A DNA stretch of 64,000 bases from an uncultured delta proteobacterium (GCA_963790475.1 CAWBOS010000013.1:384001-448000); one strand, 5' to 3'; shown: positions 28,066-38,329, counted from the stretch's first letter. Made by a program: numbers and translations. The notes: generated by a model from the letters alone, not told the origin.

Positions 28066-28854
28066 ATGACACAGAATAAAAAAACAACCTTCTATAACCG
28101 CTCCTTGGAAAGGGCCTTACAGATCCTTAATGCTTTTACCGGTGAAAGGACCAGGCTAACCCTCAGTCAACTGTCGGAGATTCTGAGTCTTTCCCGGGCC
28201 ACGGTGCTAAGACTGTGTGCGACACTGGTCAAGTACAGCTTTCTTCATCAGGATCCCACCTCTAAAGAATATTCGTTAGGCCTGCGGTTACTCGAGTTGG
28301 GGAGTATTGTTCTTCACTCTTTTTCCTTAAGAAAGGCGGCCTCTCCCTTTTTAAACCAGTTGCACAGAAAGTTGGGTAAAACACTATTCCTGGGAATTTT
28401 GGATCAAGGACAATTGATCTACATCGACAAGCGGGAGGATGCTCGAAACCCAATTACCTTTACCTCGAATATCGGCACCCACCGCCCGCCCTACTGGGGC
28501 ATGTTGGGGCCCATGCTTATGGCCCATTTGCCCGAGACCGAAGTCGATACATTGTTGGAGAAAAATCCGCTGACGGCCACCACTAAAAAATCTTTCACCA
28601 AAAAAGAGGAGTTTAAAAAGTGGCTCGGACAGATACGGAAGGACGGCTTTGCCGTTGACGAGGAAAGGACCTTTGACGGCATTACCGGGCTGGCCGTCCC
28701 GATTCATGATTTCAGGGGAAAGGTCATCGCCAGTCTGGCCGTTTGTTTCATTACCTCCGCCATGGATGTAAAGGAGTTGAAGCGAATCATTAAAGAAACC
28801 CAAAAAACAGCCCTGGATATTTCCAGGGGCATCGGTTACGACGGGAAAAAATAA
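28066..28854 (+). CDS. IclR-family transcriptional regulator
   Basis: SLERALQIL, HTH LSRATVLRL, YSLG, GFAVDEE...GLAVPI. Confidence 0.93.
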   Translation: MTQNKKTTFYNRSLERALQILNAFTGERTRLTLSQLSEILSLSRATVLRLCATLVKYSFLHQDPTSKEYSLGLRLLELGSIVLHSFSLRKAASPFLNQLHRKLGKTLFLGILDQGQLIYIDKREDARNPITFTSNIGTHRPPYWGMLGPMLMAHLPETEVDTLLEKNPLTATTKKSFTKKEEFKKWLGQIRKDGFAVDEERTFDGITGLAVPIHDFRGKVIASLAVCFITSAMDVKELKRIIKETQKTALDISRGIGYDGKK

Positions 28855-28917
28855 CCCCCCCTGAGGTCAGGGACGACCTGGTTAAAAAATTTATATCATT
28901 TCATTATCAATTTTTGC

Positions 28918-28984
28918 TTGACAGGGTCTTGGGAAATGATAAAATCACATTCATCTAGTGAACAATTAATTTTATTAGATAAAA
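28918..28984 (+). promoter_or_regulatory. Sigma70 promoter with tandem palindromic operators
   Basis: TTGACA-16-(TG)TAAAAT; ATTCATCTAGTGAAC (28949) and TTTTATTAGATAAAA (28970), 21 bp apart. Confidence 0.6.
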
Positions 28985-29015
28985 TCTAAAATGTCAGACT
29001 CCCTCATAGGCCAAA

Positions 29016-30362
29016 ATGAAAAACCTGCAAGAAGAAACCACCCGATATTGGAATCCGATCCTGGAAAGTCTCCCTCAGGAACAGTTGCGAGCCCTGCAAC
29101 TCAAAAAATTCAAAAGAATTCTGGCTTGGGCCTACGAGCGGTCGAAGTTTCACCGAAAACTTTACCAGGAGGCGGGGCTGGAGCCGGGAGACATCAAAAC
29201 CTACGAAGATGTGGCCCGGGTTCCCAAGGTGGAAAAGGCCATGATGCGGGAGATTCAGAGGAAGACCCCTTTCCCTTATGGGGAGGCCCTTTGCGTCCCT
29301 TTAGAGGAAGTCACCGAATTCAGACAAACCAGCGGAACAACCGGAACCCCCGTGTACCAGCCTGATACCTGGCAAGATTGGGAATGGTGGGCCGAGGCCT
29401 GGGCCACTCTGCTCTATGCCCAGGGGTATCGCCGAAGCGATCGGGTTTTTCTTCCCTTCGGATATAATATCTTTGTGGCCTTTTGGGCCGGCCATTATGG
29501 AGCGGAAAAGCTAGGATGCGAGGTTGTGCCTGGCGGCTTGCTGGACACCGAGACCCGGATATTAAAGATCCAGGAATTAAAAGCTTCGGCGATGATGGCT
29601 ACACCCACCTATGTGTTGGGCATGGCCGACACGGCCCGAAAGAAACTGGGAATCGATCCGGCTAAGGACTTGACCATCCGTAAAATCACCTGCGCCGGCG
29701 AACCCGGAGCTAGTATCCCCTCCACCAAACAGCGGATCGAAGAAGCTTGGGGTGCCAAGGTCTATGATCACGTGGGGGCTACGGAGGTCGGGGCCTGGGG
29801 TTTCGAGTGCTCAGAACAACCGGGCGCACTCCATGTGAACGAGGCCCTCTTTTTGGTGCAACTGGAGGATTTGGCCAGCGGTGCTCTGATTGATGAGCCG
29901 GGCAAGAAGGGGAAGATTGTCATCACGGCCCTGGATCGTATGGCCCAGCCCTGCATCCGATTCGACTCCAAAGATGTGGCCGAATGGACCGATGAGCCCT
30001 GCCCATGCGGGCGAACCTTCAGGATGATCCAGGGCGGTGTCATCGGGCGGTCAGATGATATCACCAAAATCAAAGGCGTTTTGGTAGCCCCTTCGGCCAT
30101 CGAAGAGGTGGTTCGCAGCCAAAAAGGATTAAGTGATGAATTTGAAATCCTGGTGACTAAAAAAGGGGATCTGGATGTGATAACACTGAAGATAGAACTT
30201 CTGCCGGAACAGGAACGGAACCGCGAAGACATTCTTAGACAACTTCAGGATCAGCTGCGTCTCAAAACCAACCTCGGGTATGTCATCGAAGTTCATTTCT
30301 ACCATTCCCTGCCCCGCTATGAGGTAAAAGCCAAACGGTTCAAGGATCTGAGGAAAAAATAA
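29016..30362 (+). CDS. Phenylacetate-CoA ligase family protein
   Basis: QTSGTTGTP, ATPTY, AGEPG, GATE, CPCGRT, GRSDD, YEVKAKR. Confidence 0.9.
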   Translation: MKNLQEETTRYWNPILESLPQEQLRALQLKKFKRILAWAYERSKFHRKLYQEAGLEPGDIKTYEDVARVPKVEKAMMREIQRKTPFPYGEALCVPLEEVTEFRQTSGTTGTPVYQPDTWQDWEWWAEAWATLLYAQGYRRSDRVFLPFGYNIFVAFWAGHYGAEKLGCEVVPGGLLDTETRILKIQELKASAMMATPTYVLGMADTARKKLGIDPAKDLTIRKITCAGEPGASIPSTKQRIEEAWGAKVYDHVGATEVGAWGFECSEQPGALHVNEALFLVQLEDLASGALIDEPGKKGKIVITALDRMAQPCIRFDSKDVAEWTDEPCPCGRTFRMIQGGVIGRSDDITKIKGVLVAPSAIEEVVRSQKGLSDEFEILVTKKGDLDVITLKIELLPEQERNREDILRQLQDQLRLKTNLGYVIEVHFYHSLPRYEVKAKRFKDLRKK

Positions 30363-30377
30363 AAAAAAGGAAATCGA

Positions 30378-30560
30378 ATGGATCGTCAAACGATGGAAAA
30401 AATGGCCGCGGGAATCCGGTCCATCCGTGAAGAAGCGGAAGTCTTGAAAAGGCTATCGGAAGGGATTCAGGCTGTGGAGCGGAACGCCGATCGGATTTTG
30501 GCCTCAGTGAAGATGCTGGAGATCAATGTCTCTGATCTTCTTCTGCCGGACTATTGCTAA
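30378..30560 (+). CDS. Small hypothetical protein (60 aa) within the operon
   Basis: AAGGA RBS; operonic position; helical sequence ...AVERNADRILASVKMLEINVSD. Confidence 0.7.
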   Translation: MDRQTMEKMAAGIRSIREEAEVLKRLSEGIQAVERNADRILASVKMLEINVSDLLLPDYC

Positions 30561-30698
30561 GAAATTGTTTTAGCGCAGGGTGACCAAATCCCTTTTTCCG
30601 GATTCCGACCAAAAGCCTAGCGGAACGACATAGAGGAGCCTTAGCCTGTTATTAAAAAGATTAGCGGTTAATCACCGACATCTATAAGGAGGATAATT

Positions 30699-31976
30699 AT
30701 GAAGGCAAAACGTTTAGCTGTCTGGGTATGGTCCTGTTTTTTTATCATCATCTTTTTTTCAACTTCTTTCCTCTACGCTGCCGCTAAACCCATTATTATT
30801 GGTGCCCCTTTGCCGACAGCCTTTGTCGAAGGTTGGGGCGCGGAAAGAGCCATGCGCCTAGCCATAGAGGAAATCAATGGCAAAGGGGGGGTTACCGTAG
30901 GTGGGGTCAAACGTCCTTTCGAACTGGCAGTCATGGATACCCGGGATCTGGAAGCCGGTGTCCCGGTCAGCGACGCCCTACTGACGGTTGAAAAGCTTAT
31001 TTTGGAAAAGAAGGCCGACTTTATTCTGGGCGGCCCAGCACGTTCCGAAGCCGGCTTGGCCGCCATGGATCTTTTGTCCAAGTATAAGAAGATTTCCATC
31101 CTAACCACCGGGGTCCTGACTCCCAAGTATAATGAACGGGTGGCTGAAGAATATAACAAATTTAAATATTGTTTCCGGATTACTAGTGAGGTCAAATGGC
31201 TGGTCGGCGGTGAAATGATCCCTTCCCTGATAGAATTAGGAAAGATACATAAACTGGACAAATTATTTGTCATGGTTCAAGATGTGGCTCATGCTCGGGC
31301 TGCCGGAGAATTGATTGCCAAAACCATGACCGGCAAAGGCTGGACGGTGCTGGGTAAGCCGGAAATCTTCCCAACGGGAACCACAGACTTTTCCATGGGT
31401 TTATTAAATGCCAAAAAAGAAGGGGCCCAGGTTCTCCTGGTCTGGATGGATATGCCCGAGGCCTCGATTTTGCTCAAGCAATGGTATGATTTAAAGATTC
31501 CAGCCGTTCCCTTCGGGTTTATCTCGGCTGCCGAACAGCCGGAATTCTGGAAGTCTACCAATGGGAAAGGGGAGTTTTGTATAGCCAATGTGGTCAACGC
31601 CGGCAATGCCCCTTCCCAGGCCACTCCCTGGACCATGAAATTTTATAATGCCTACACCAAGAGATGGAAAATCGAACCGGAAGGCTATGGGGTCTCCAGC
31701 AGCTATATGGCCGTTTATGCCTTGAAAGAAGCCATCGAAAGGGCCAGGACCCTGGATTCGGATGCCTTAGTCAATGCCCTGGAAAAAACCGATATCATGG
31801 GGGTTTACGGCCGCATTCGTTTCGATGCCAAGTCCCATCAGGTCATCCCCAACATGGACCCCAAAGAAGGGGCCGTGGGCACCATCTTTCAATGGCAGAA
31901 GGGCAAGCGGGTAGTGGTCTTTCCTCCCAAGATCGCCACCGGTCAGATCCTGCTACCGCCTTGGATGAAGAAATAA
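30699..31976 (+). CDS. ABC transporter substrate-binding protein (LivK-like family)
   Basis: Signal peptide, IIIGAP, AIEEINGKGG, TTDFS, GVYGRIRF, QWQ. Confidence 0.92.
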   Translation: MKAKRLAVWVWSCFFIIIFFSTSFLYAAAKPIIIGAPLPTAFVEGWGAERAMRLAIEEINGKGGVTVGGVKRPFELAVMDTRDLEAGVPVSDALLTVEKLILEKKADFILGGPARSEAGLAAMDLLSKYKKISILTTGVLTPKYNERVAEEYNKFKYCFRITSEVKWLVGGEMIPSLIELGKIHKLDKLFVMVQDVAHARAAGELIAKTMTGKGWTVLGKPEIFPTGTTDFSMGLLNAKKEGAQVLLVWMDMPEASILLKQWYDLKIPAVPFGFISAAEQPEFWKSTNGKGEFCIANVVNAGNAPSQATPWTMKFYNAYTKRWKIEPEGYGVSSSYMAVYALKEAIERARTLDSDALVNALEKTDIMGVYGRIRFDAKSHQVIPNMDPKEGAVGTIFQWQKGKRVVVFPPKIATGQILLPPWMKK

Positions 31977-31988
31977 CAATTTCAAAAC

Positions 31989-32090
31989 GATCCTTGATCT
32001 CAGATACCCGATGCGGATGATAATAGTCTTTGTTGGAATCTTTCATCCCCTATCGGGTATCCTGGATCAGGGTTCCGGCATCCGGCATCC
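31989..32090. repeat. Tandem 7-mer array (GATnCnn) with inverted array (nATCCGG-type)
   Basis: GATCCTT GATCTCA GATACCC GATGCGG ... TATCGGG TATCCTG GATCAGG GTTCCGG CATCCGG CATCC. Confidence 0.7.
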
Positions 32091-32108
32091 TTCATTTTCG
32101 AGGCTTCG

Positions 32109-32975
32109 ATGGAGATCATCATCTACGGCATCATTAATAGTGTAACCCTGGCCTTGATGGCCCTGGGTTTTACCTTGGTCTATGGCATTTCCGGCTTGCC
32201 CAATTTCGCCCATGGGGCTCTGTATATCGTTACCGGATTTATCGCCTGGAGTTTTATCCACACCCTTAAGCTAAATTTTCTCCTGGCCATGTTTTTATCT
32301 TTAATAGTCACCGGCCTGATCGGTGCGGCCATTTATCGGCTGCTATTAATCCGCGTCCGGGGGATGGCCACCTCAGAAATCATTGCTTCCTATGCCATCG
32401 GCTTAGCGATCCTGGAGGGTCTTCGCTGGGGGGGCTTTAAAGGGATGACCTACACTCTCCCGGTATTTATTGAAGGGAGCGTGGAATTGTTTGGGGTTCA
32501 GGTCGACATCCAACGGATCATGGTGGTCGGTTTCGGGGGTGTGGTCATGGGCTTGCTCTGGCTGTTTACCCATTACAACCGCATTGGATTGGCCTTGAGG
32601 GCCATGGCCCAGGATGAACGAGCGGCCATGATGCTGGGCATTGATTCCGACCGGATGGCCGTAGCCGCCATGTTTTTAGGCTCCTTTTTGGCTGGGCTGG
32701 CAGCCGTGGTCTTACTCCCTTTAGGCAATATCGTGGTCGAAGCCGGCTATAACGTTTTGATTATGGCCATTGCGGTTTGTATTGTCGGAGGACTGGGCAG
32801 TTGGATCGGGGCCATCCTGGCTGCGTTTTTGATCGGCTTTGTCCAGATCCTGACTGTGGTCTATGTTGAATCCCATTTTCAAACCGTCGTGGCCCTGTTG
32901 GCCATTATCGTCACCCTGATTTTAAAGCCCTCGGGATTATTTGGCAGACAAAAAGAACTTGAGGAGCGGGTATGA
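32109..32975 (+). CDS. ABC transporter permease (LivH-like)
   Basis: ALGFTLVYG, NFAHG, LRAMAQD, GGLGS, KPSGLFG. Confidence 0.93.
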   Translation: MEIIIYGIINSVTLALMALGFTLVYGISGLPNFAHGALYIVTGFIAWSFIHTLKLNFLLAMFLSLIVTGLIGAAIYRLLLIRVRGMATSEIIASYAIGLAILEGLRWGGFKGMTYTLPVFIEGSVELFGVQVDIQRIMVVGFGGVVMGLLWLFTHYNRIGLALRAMAQDERAAMMLGIDSDRMAVAAMFLGSFLAGLAAVVLLPLGNIVVEAGYNVLIMAIAVCIVGGLGSWIGAILAAFLIGFVQILTVVYVESHFQTVVALLAIIVTLILKPSGLFGRQKELEERV

Positions 32976-33991
32976 CCTTAAGCGGTGGCGATGTTCGCAA
33001 AGAACGAATCGATCGCGGGATCAAGGTCCGGACCAGCGGTATTTATGCCATTTCTTCCTGGAAAGAAATCAGCTATCTATTGATCCCTCGAATGATTTTG
33101 ATCGTCGGGATCCTTATTCTGCCTTTCGCGGTTACCAATATGTATTGGCAGCGGGTCATTTCCATTGTCGGTATTTATGCCATGCTCTCTTTGAGTTTTG
33201 ATTTTCTGACCCATTTCGTCGGATTGGTTTCCCTGGGCGGGGCTTTTTATGTGGGGGTCGGCGGTTATATGGCCGCGATCTTGAATACCAAACTCGGTTT
33301 GTCCCCCCTTCTTACCATCCCTTTGGCCACTTTGGGCGGGGGGGCGATCTGCACCTTGCTCTTGCTCCCCTGTCTGCCTTTGAGAGGGGTATATTTTTCC
33401 ATAGTTACCCTTATGTATCCCTTAGTTACGGCCAGAATCATTGAAGCTTTGAATATCCTGGGTGGAACGGACGGCATTGTCGGGGTAGCCAGTTTTCCCA
33501 ATCGCTGGGTGGAACAATATTCTCTGTTCAGCTTGTTGCTTTTGATCTTGTTCAGCTTGCGCCGTCTGGTCAATATGGACATCGGTCTGGTTTTTCGTGG
33601 GATCAAGGATAATGACCAGGCCGTCAAGGCCTCGGGAATTAATATTACCCATTATAAAGCGGCGGCGGTCTTTATCTCCTCCGCTATGGGGTGTTTGGGA
33701 GGAGCCTATCTGGTCCATATTTACATGTGGTCCGGTATTTCTCAGTTAGCGTTGGATTTTTCCATCATACCCATCGCCTCGACTGTTATCGGAGGCGGAG
33801 GGACCCTGGTGGGTCCGTTGCTGGGTGCTTTTATACTGGTGCCGATTTCCGAATTGCTCCGGGCCTTCGGGACCTTGCGGATTGTTTTTTATTCCCTGAT
33901 CCTGATGGCTTTTATCATCTTCCGCAGTGAAGGCCTTATGGTCTATGCTCAACGGAAATACCATCAATTTGAGAGGTGGGTCAAGGTATGA
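32972..33991 (+). CDS. ABC transporter permease (LivM-like)
   Basis: GLVSLG, LRGVYF, IKDND, IGGGGTLVGP. Confidence 0.92.
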   Translation: MTLSGGDVRKERIDRGIKVRTSGIYAISSWKEISYLLIPRMILIVGILILPFAVTNMYWQRVISIVGIYAMLSLSFDFLTHFVGLVSLGGAFYVGVGGYMAAILNTKLGLSPLLTIPLATLGGGAICTLLLLPCLPLRGVYFSIVTLMYPLVTARIIEALNILGGTDGIVGVASFPNRWVEQYSLFSLLLLILFSLRRLVNMDIGLVFRGIKDNDQAVKASGINITHYKAAAVFISSAMGCLGGAYLVHIYMWSGISQLALDFSIIPIASTVIGGGGTLVGPLLGAFILVPISELLRAFGTLRIVFYSLILMAFIIFRSEGLMVYAQRKYHQFERWVKV

Positions 33992-34767
33992 CCTCGGAAA
34001 CGATTCTGGAAGTCCGGGAGGTCAGCAAGGCTTTTGGGGGAATCCAGGCCTTGTCTGATGTCAGCTTCAGGCTGAATCAGGGGGAGATCTTGGGGATCAT
34101 CGGACCTAACGGCTCGGGGAAAACTACCTTGATCAATTGCATAACCGGTTTTGTGCATACCGGCTCGGGGAAGATCTTTTTTAACCAAAAAGATATTACT
34201 AGTTGGCCCCCCCATAAGATCGCCCATCTTGGGGTCACCAGGACCTTCCAGGTCATGAGACCCTACTACAGCTTACCGGCCTACAAGAATCTGATCATCC
34301 CTTTGTTTTCTCCCAGGGCCAGGAAGTACGGAGGCTGGCGGGGGGGAGGAAAATTAGGGGACCGCAACACCGTGGCCATCGATATCCTGGAAGAAATCGG
34401 GTTTGAGCGGGATTCTTTTGTTCCCTATAAGATGGCTTCCGCCTTGCCCACCGGTTATTTAAAACGCCTGGAACTGGCCCGCTGCCTGGCTTTAAAACCC
34501 GAGGTCATCCTTTGTGATGAAGTGTTCTCCGGGTTAAGCGCCAGTGAAATCGCCAGTATGATCCCCCTGATTGAAAGGCTTCAGATGGAAGGAATCACCA
34601 TAGTCATGATCGAACACCGTTTAAAAGAGCTGTTCCGGGTGGCCAATCGGGTTGTGGTTCTGAATTTTGGAAAGAAACTTACCGAAGGGATTCCGGAAGC
34701 GGTCATGGAGGACGAAAGAGTGAAAGAGGCCTATCTGGGATCGGAGGATTTATCCGATTATGTTTGA
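33988..34767 (+). CDS. ABC transporter ATP-binding protein (LivG-like)
   Basis: GPNGSGKTT, RTFQ, LELARCLA, IEH, AYLG. Confidence 0.93.
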   Translation: MTSETILEVREVSKAFGGIQALSDVSFRLNQGEILGIIGPNGSGKTTLINCITGFVHTGSGKIFFNQKDITSWPPHKIAHLGVTRTFQVMRPYYSLPAYKNLIIPLFSPRARKYGGWRGGGKLGDRNTVAIDILEEIGFERDSFVPYKMASALPTGYLKRLELARCLALKPEVILCDEVFSGLSASEIASMIPLIERLQMEGITIVMIEHRLKELFRVANRVVVLNFGKKLTEGIPEAVMEDERVKEAYLGSEDLSDYV

Positions 34768-35506
34768 AGCAAAAGGGCTGATGGTCTTCTATGAAAATAT
34801 GCTGGCCCTGAACAATATCAGTATCCGCTGTCAGGAAGGCCAGATCGTCGGGGTCTTTGGGGCCAACAGCGCCGGCAAGTCCACTTTGATGTATACCCTG
34901 TCAGGCATCATGCAGGACATCAAGAAAAAGGAAGAGATGGCCGGGGGAGAACGTATCACCCTTATGGGGGAGGTCTTTTACCGGGGCACTGACATCATGG
35001 CCTTAAAACCCAGTCAGCGAGCCAGGCAAGGGATCATTCTCTGCCCGGAACGCCGGCGGATTTTCCCGGAAAGCACGGTCTTGGAGAACCTTAAGATAGG
35101 GGGCTACTTAGCCAATTCAACCCAGATTAAAGAAACCCTGGAGTATGTTTTTAAAATTTTTCCGGCCCTGATTCCTTTAATAAAGAGGGAAGGGGGATTC
35201 TTGAGCGGCGGAGAACAACAGATGCTGGCCATCGGCCGGGCCCTGATGGCCCAGCCAAAAATTTTGTTGCTCGACGAACCCCTTATGGGTCTCAGCCCAT
35301 TGGTCCAGGCCTTATTGGTCCGTTCGATCAAGAATATTCGGGATGATCGAGGGGTTTCCGTTATCGTCTCCGAGCAATATGCCCGTCCTCTTTTGCCCAT
35401 CGTCGACTATGCCTATATCTTGGAAAACGGGGCCGCGGTCATGGAAGGAACAAAAACGGAATTGATGGATAATCCGGATGTGCGGGCGGCCTATTTTGGA
35501 ATATAA
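34760..35506 (+). CDS. ABC transporter ATP-binding protein (LivF-like)
   Basis: GANSAGKST, LSGGEQQMLAIGRALM, LDEP, SEQ. Confidence 0.93.
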   Translation: MFEAKGLMVFYENMLALNNISIRCQEGQIVGVFGANSAGKSTLMYTLSGIMQDIKKKEEMAGGERITLMGEVFYRGTDIMALKPSQRARQGIILCPERRRIFPESTVLENLKIGGYLANSTQIKETLEYVFKIFPALIPLIKREGGFLSGGEQQMLAIGRALMAQPKILLLDEPLMGLSPLVQALLVRSIKNIRDDRGVSVIVSEQYARPLLPIVDYAYILENGAAVMEGTKTELMDNPDVRAAYFGI

Positions 35507-35511
35507 GTTGG

Positions 35512-37215
35512 ATGTCTAAAAAGGCAGAGAAAAAGGATGAGCCAAAAAAAATCATGAGCGTGAACGAGAAAGATCTTAGTCCCGGGGAAGAACTGGTTTT
35601 TTCTCGTTTTGAGCGGATGGTCCAAAAATACCCCCATAAAACAGCGGTCATTTTCTTGGGAGAAAAATATTCCTATGCCCGGCTGATGAATCTGATCGAC
35701 CGCTTTGCCGCCGGATTGTCCGGCCAAGGGGTTAAACAGGGCGATCGCGTCATACTCTACCTCTCCAACTGTATTCAATGGGTGGTGGCCTTCTTCGGGA
35801 TTCAAAAACTGGGGGCCGCGGTCGTCCCGGTGTCTCCGATCTATACCTCTCATGAGGTCAGTTATATGATTAAGGATTCCGGGGCCCAAACCATCATCTG
35901 CCATGATACCAATTTCGGATATGTAAAGGAGACCTTTGAAAGTACCGAGTTGAAGAAGGCCATTGTTACCAACTTGGTGGATTTGCTCCCTCTTCCCAAA
36001 AGAACGCTCGGTTTTCTTTTCGATAAGATTCCCCACGGCGTAGTAGAAAAGAGCGAAAAAGTCCTTTTTTTTAAGGAATTATTGAAGTCCCCGCCGACAC
36101 CTCCCACGGTCAAAATTGATCCATTGAAGGATCTGGCCTATATCCTCTATACCGGCGGAACCACCGGGTTTCCCAAAGGGGTACCAGGCAACCATGCGGG
36201 CATGACCTCTTATGTAAACGACCTGATGGAAGACGTTCTTAAGGGGTATATCAAAGAAGGGGAAGACACCTATATCGCCATTAATCCCCTGTTTCACATC
36301 ATGGCCTTGGGGTTTTTTGTGGCCGCCGGACTGAATTCCGGCAATACCACCATTCTCATGCCCCAGCCGCAGATTGACGCCATCCTGGAGGCCATTGAAA
36401 AATACAAAGTCCGCTGGATGCTCGGTGTGCCGACCCTTTACCGGATGATTCTGGAAAATGATCGTCTGGAACAATACCGGCTCGACACGTTGCGCTATTG
36501 TTATTGCGGGGGCGATGTACTGCCATTGGAGGTGTTTAACCGCTGGAAGGAAAAAATAGGCGTACCCATCTACCAGGTCTATGGATCGACCGAAGTGGGA
36601 CATATCACCTACAGCCGTCTGGACCATGAACCGGACCCCCTTTCCATCGGGTTGCCCTTGAAATCACGAAGGTGTAAAGTAGTTAATCCGGAAACCCTTG
36701 AGCCCATGCCTCTGGGGGAAACGGGCGAGTTGATGGTTACTTCCGATTTCACTCTAAAACATTATTTGAATAAACCGGAGGAGACCGCCCGTTCTTATAT
36801 AACCGTGGGAGGTCAAATCTACTACCGGATGGGGGATTTTGTCAGCCAGAATGAGCAGGGGGAATTGGTTTATGTGGAACGCCTGGCGGACATCATAAAA
36901 TACAAAGGCTACCGGGTTTCGGCCTCGGAGATCGAAGCGGTCCTCCAGGACCATCCCACGGTTATCGGTGCTTGTGTGGTCGGTATCCCGGACCCCAAGG
37001 TAGGGGAACGGATCAAAGGGATCGTGGTTTTAAAGTCCGGATCCAAAGGGGTCGGGGCCAATGAATTAATCCGCTTTTGCAGGGAACGGCTGGCCCCTTA
37101 CAAGGTCCCCCAATATATCGAATTCCGCGACATGCTTCCCAAATCCAAGGTGGGCAAACTGCTTAGACGGGAAATACGGGATGAGGAAAAAAGAAAAATA
37201 GAAAAAAAGAAATAA
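35512..37215 (+). CDS. AMP-forming (long-chain/aryl) acyl-CoA ligase
   Basis: YTGGTTGFPKG, PLFH, YGSTE, GD, YKVP, GKLLRR. Confidence 0.92.
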   Translation: MSKKAEKKDEPKKIMSVNEKDLSPGEELVFSRFERMVQKYPHKTAVIFLGEKYSYARLMNLIDRFAAGLSGQGVKQGDRVILYLSNCIQWVVAFFGIQKLGAAVVPVSPIYTSHEVSYMIKDSGAQTIICHDTNFGYVKETFESTELKKAIVTNLVDLLPLPKRTLGFLFDKIPHGVVEKSEKVLFFKELLKSPPTPPTVKIDPLKDLAYILYTGGTTGFPKGVPGNHAGMTSYVNDLMEDVLKGYIKEGEDTYIAINPLFHIMALGFFVAAGLNSGNTTILMPQPQIDAILEAIEKYKVRWMLGVPTLYRMILENDRLEQYRLDTLRYCYCGGDVLPLEVFNRWKEKIGVPIYQVYGSTEVGHITYSRLDHEPDPLSIGLPLKSRRCKVVNPETLEPMPLGETGELMVTSDFTLKHYLNKPEETARSYITVGGQIYYRMGDFVSQNEQGELVYVERLADIIKYKGYRVSASEIEAVLQDHPTVIGACVVGIPDPKVGERIKGIVVLKSGSKGVGANELIRFCRERLAPYKVPQYIEFRDMLPKSKVGKLLRREIRDEEKRKIEKKK

Positions 37216-37249
37216 AATTACCTTATAATTTTTTGTAACTTTTTCCCTC

Positions 37250-38062
37250 TTACCGATACCTATTGATTTCATCCCTGAGTTGGAGGGCCGCGGTTCTGGC
37301 GGCTTGGGCGAAGTCTCTTCCCTTACCGGCATAGATGATCCCCCGGGAGGAATTGATGATCATCCCGGTCCCCTTTTCGTCCTTGCCGTTTACCACCGCC
37401 TTCCCAATATCGCCCCCTTGGGCCCCGATGCCCGGCACCAGCAAAGGCATGTTCCCTACTAGGGACCGGATCTCCCCAAGTTCTTGCGGGTAGGTGGCCC
37501 CCACAACCAAAAGGACATTGCCGTTGCGGTTCCATTCCCTGGCGGCTTTTTGGGCAACGATCCGATAGAGTTTCTCCCCGTTTAATTCCAAATCCTGAAT
37601 ATCGATTGCCCCCGGATTGGAAGTCCGGCAAAGGATAATGACCCCTTTGTCGCTCCGGTCGAGAAAAGGTTCGAGCGCATCGCCTCCCAGGTAAGGGTTG
37701 ACAGTAACCGCATCCGCCTCATAGCGGTCGAAGGCCTCTTGGGCATACAGCTTAGCCGTCGATCCGACATCCCCCCGCTTGGCATCCAGGATAACCGGGA
37801 TATAGGGAAAATTCTTGTGGATATAGGCTATGGTAAGCTCCAGATCCCGTTCCAAACCTGATGCGGCATAGTAGGCTATCTGAGGTTTGAAGGCACAGAC
37901 CAGGTCGAATGTACTTTCGATGATTGCCCGGTTGAACTCAAAAAGTGGCTCTTTGGCAGATCGAAGATAGCTTGGAATTTTTTCTAAATCCGGGTCAAGC
38001 CCGATGCAAACCAATGAGTTGTTTCTGTTCCAGGCCGCATTCAGGGCTTCCATGAAATTCAC
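37250..38062 (-). CDS. pyrF: Orotidine-5'-phosphate decarboxylase
   Basis: CIGLDP, FKPQIAYY, LDAKRGDV, RTSNPG, VVGAT, PGIGAQGG, NSSRGI; GTG 38062 after AAAGGAGAG. Confidence 0.95.
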   Translation of the reverse strand: MNFMEALNAAWNRNNSLVCIGLDPDLEKIPSYLRSAKEPLFEFNRAIIESTFDLVCAFKPQIAYYAASGLERDLELTIAYIHKNFPYIPVILDAKRGDVGSTAKLYAQEAFDRYEADAVTVNPYLGGDALEPFLDRSDKGVIILCRTSNPGAIDIQDLELNGEKLYRIVAQKAAREWNRNGNVLLVVGATYPQELGEIRSLVGNMPLLVPGIGAQGGDIGKAVVNGKDEKGTGMIINSSRGIIYAGKGRDFAQAARTAALQLRDEINRYR

Positions 38063-38312
38063 GGGCAAAATCTCTCCTTTTTTTATAATTTTTTTCATCT
38101 TAACAAGAATAAGGGAAAATAGCAAAAAATTTGAAGAGTTGCCCCTTCATTCTCTCAAGGATTAAAAACTGAAAACCAAATATTAGGCTGAGGTCGGCAA
38201 AATAAGGCCATGAAGTAGGAAAAACCATACAAGAGATTGATGTACCCTAGACTCGCTTAAACTCAAAAAAATATTATCATAATGATATCAATACCATAAT
38301 AAAATTAGACAT

Positions 38313-38329
38313 CCGGCATTAAAATTGCT
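38313..38329 (+). promoter_or_regulatory. Sigma54 (-24/-12) promoter
   Basis: CCGGCATTAAAATTGCT with GG-N10-GC spacing; AT-rich IHF-like TATCAA tract just upstream. Confidence 0.6.

Noticed and set aside
30575-30632. REP-like remnant GGATTCCGACCAAAAGCCTAGCGGAACGACA
   Set aside because: Too degenerate and single-armed to support a call.
37250-38062. pyrF as a horizontally acquired novelty
   Set aside because: It is a standard long-subfamily OMP decarboxylase; origin cannot be judged without a phylogeny.
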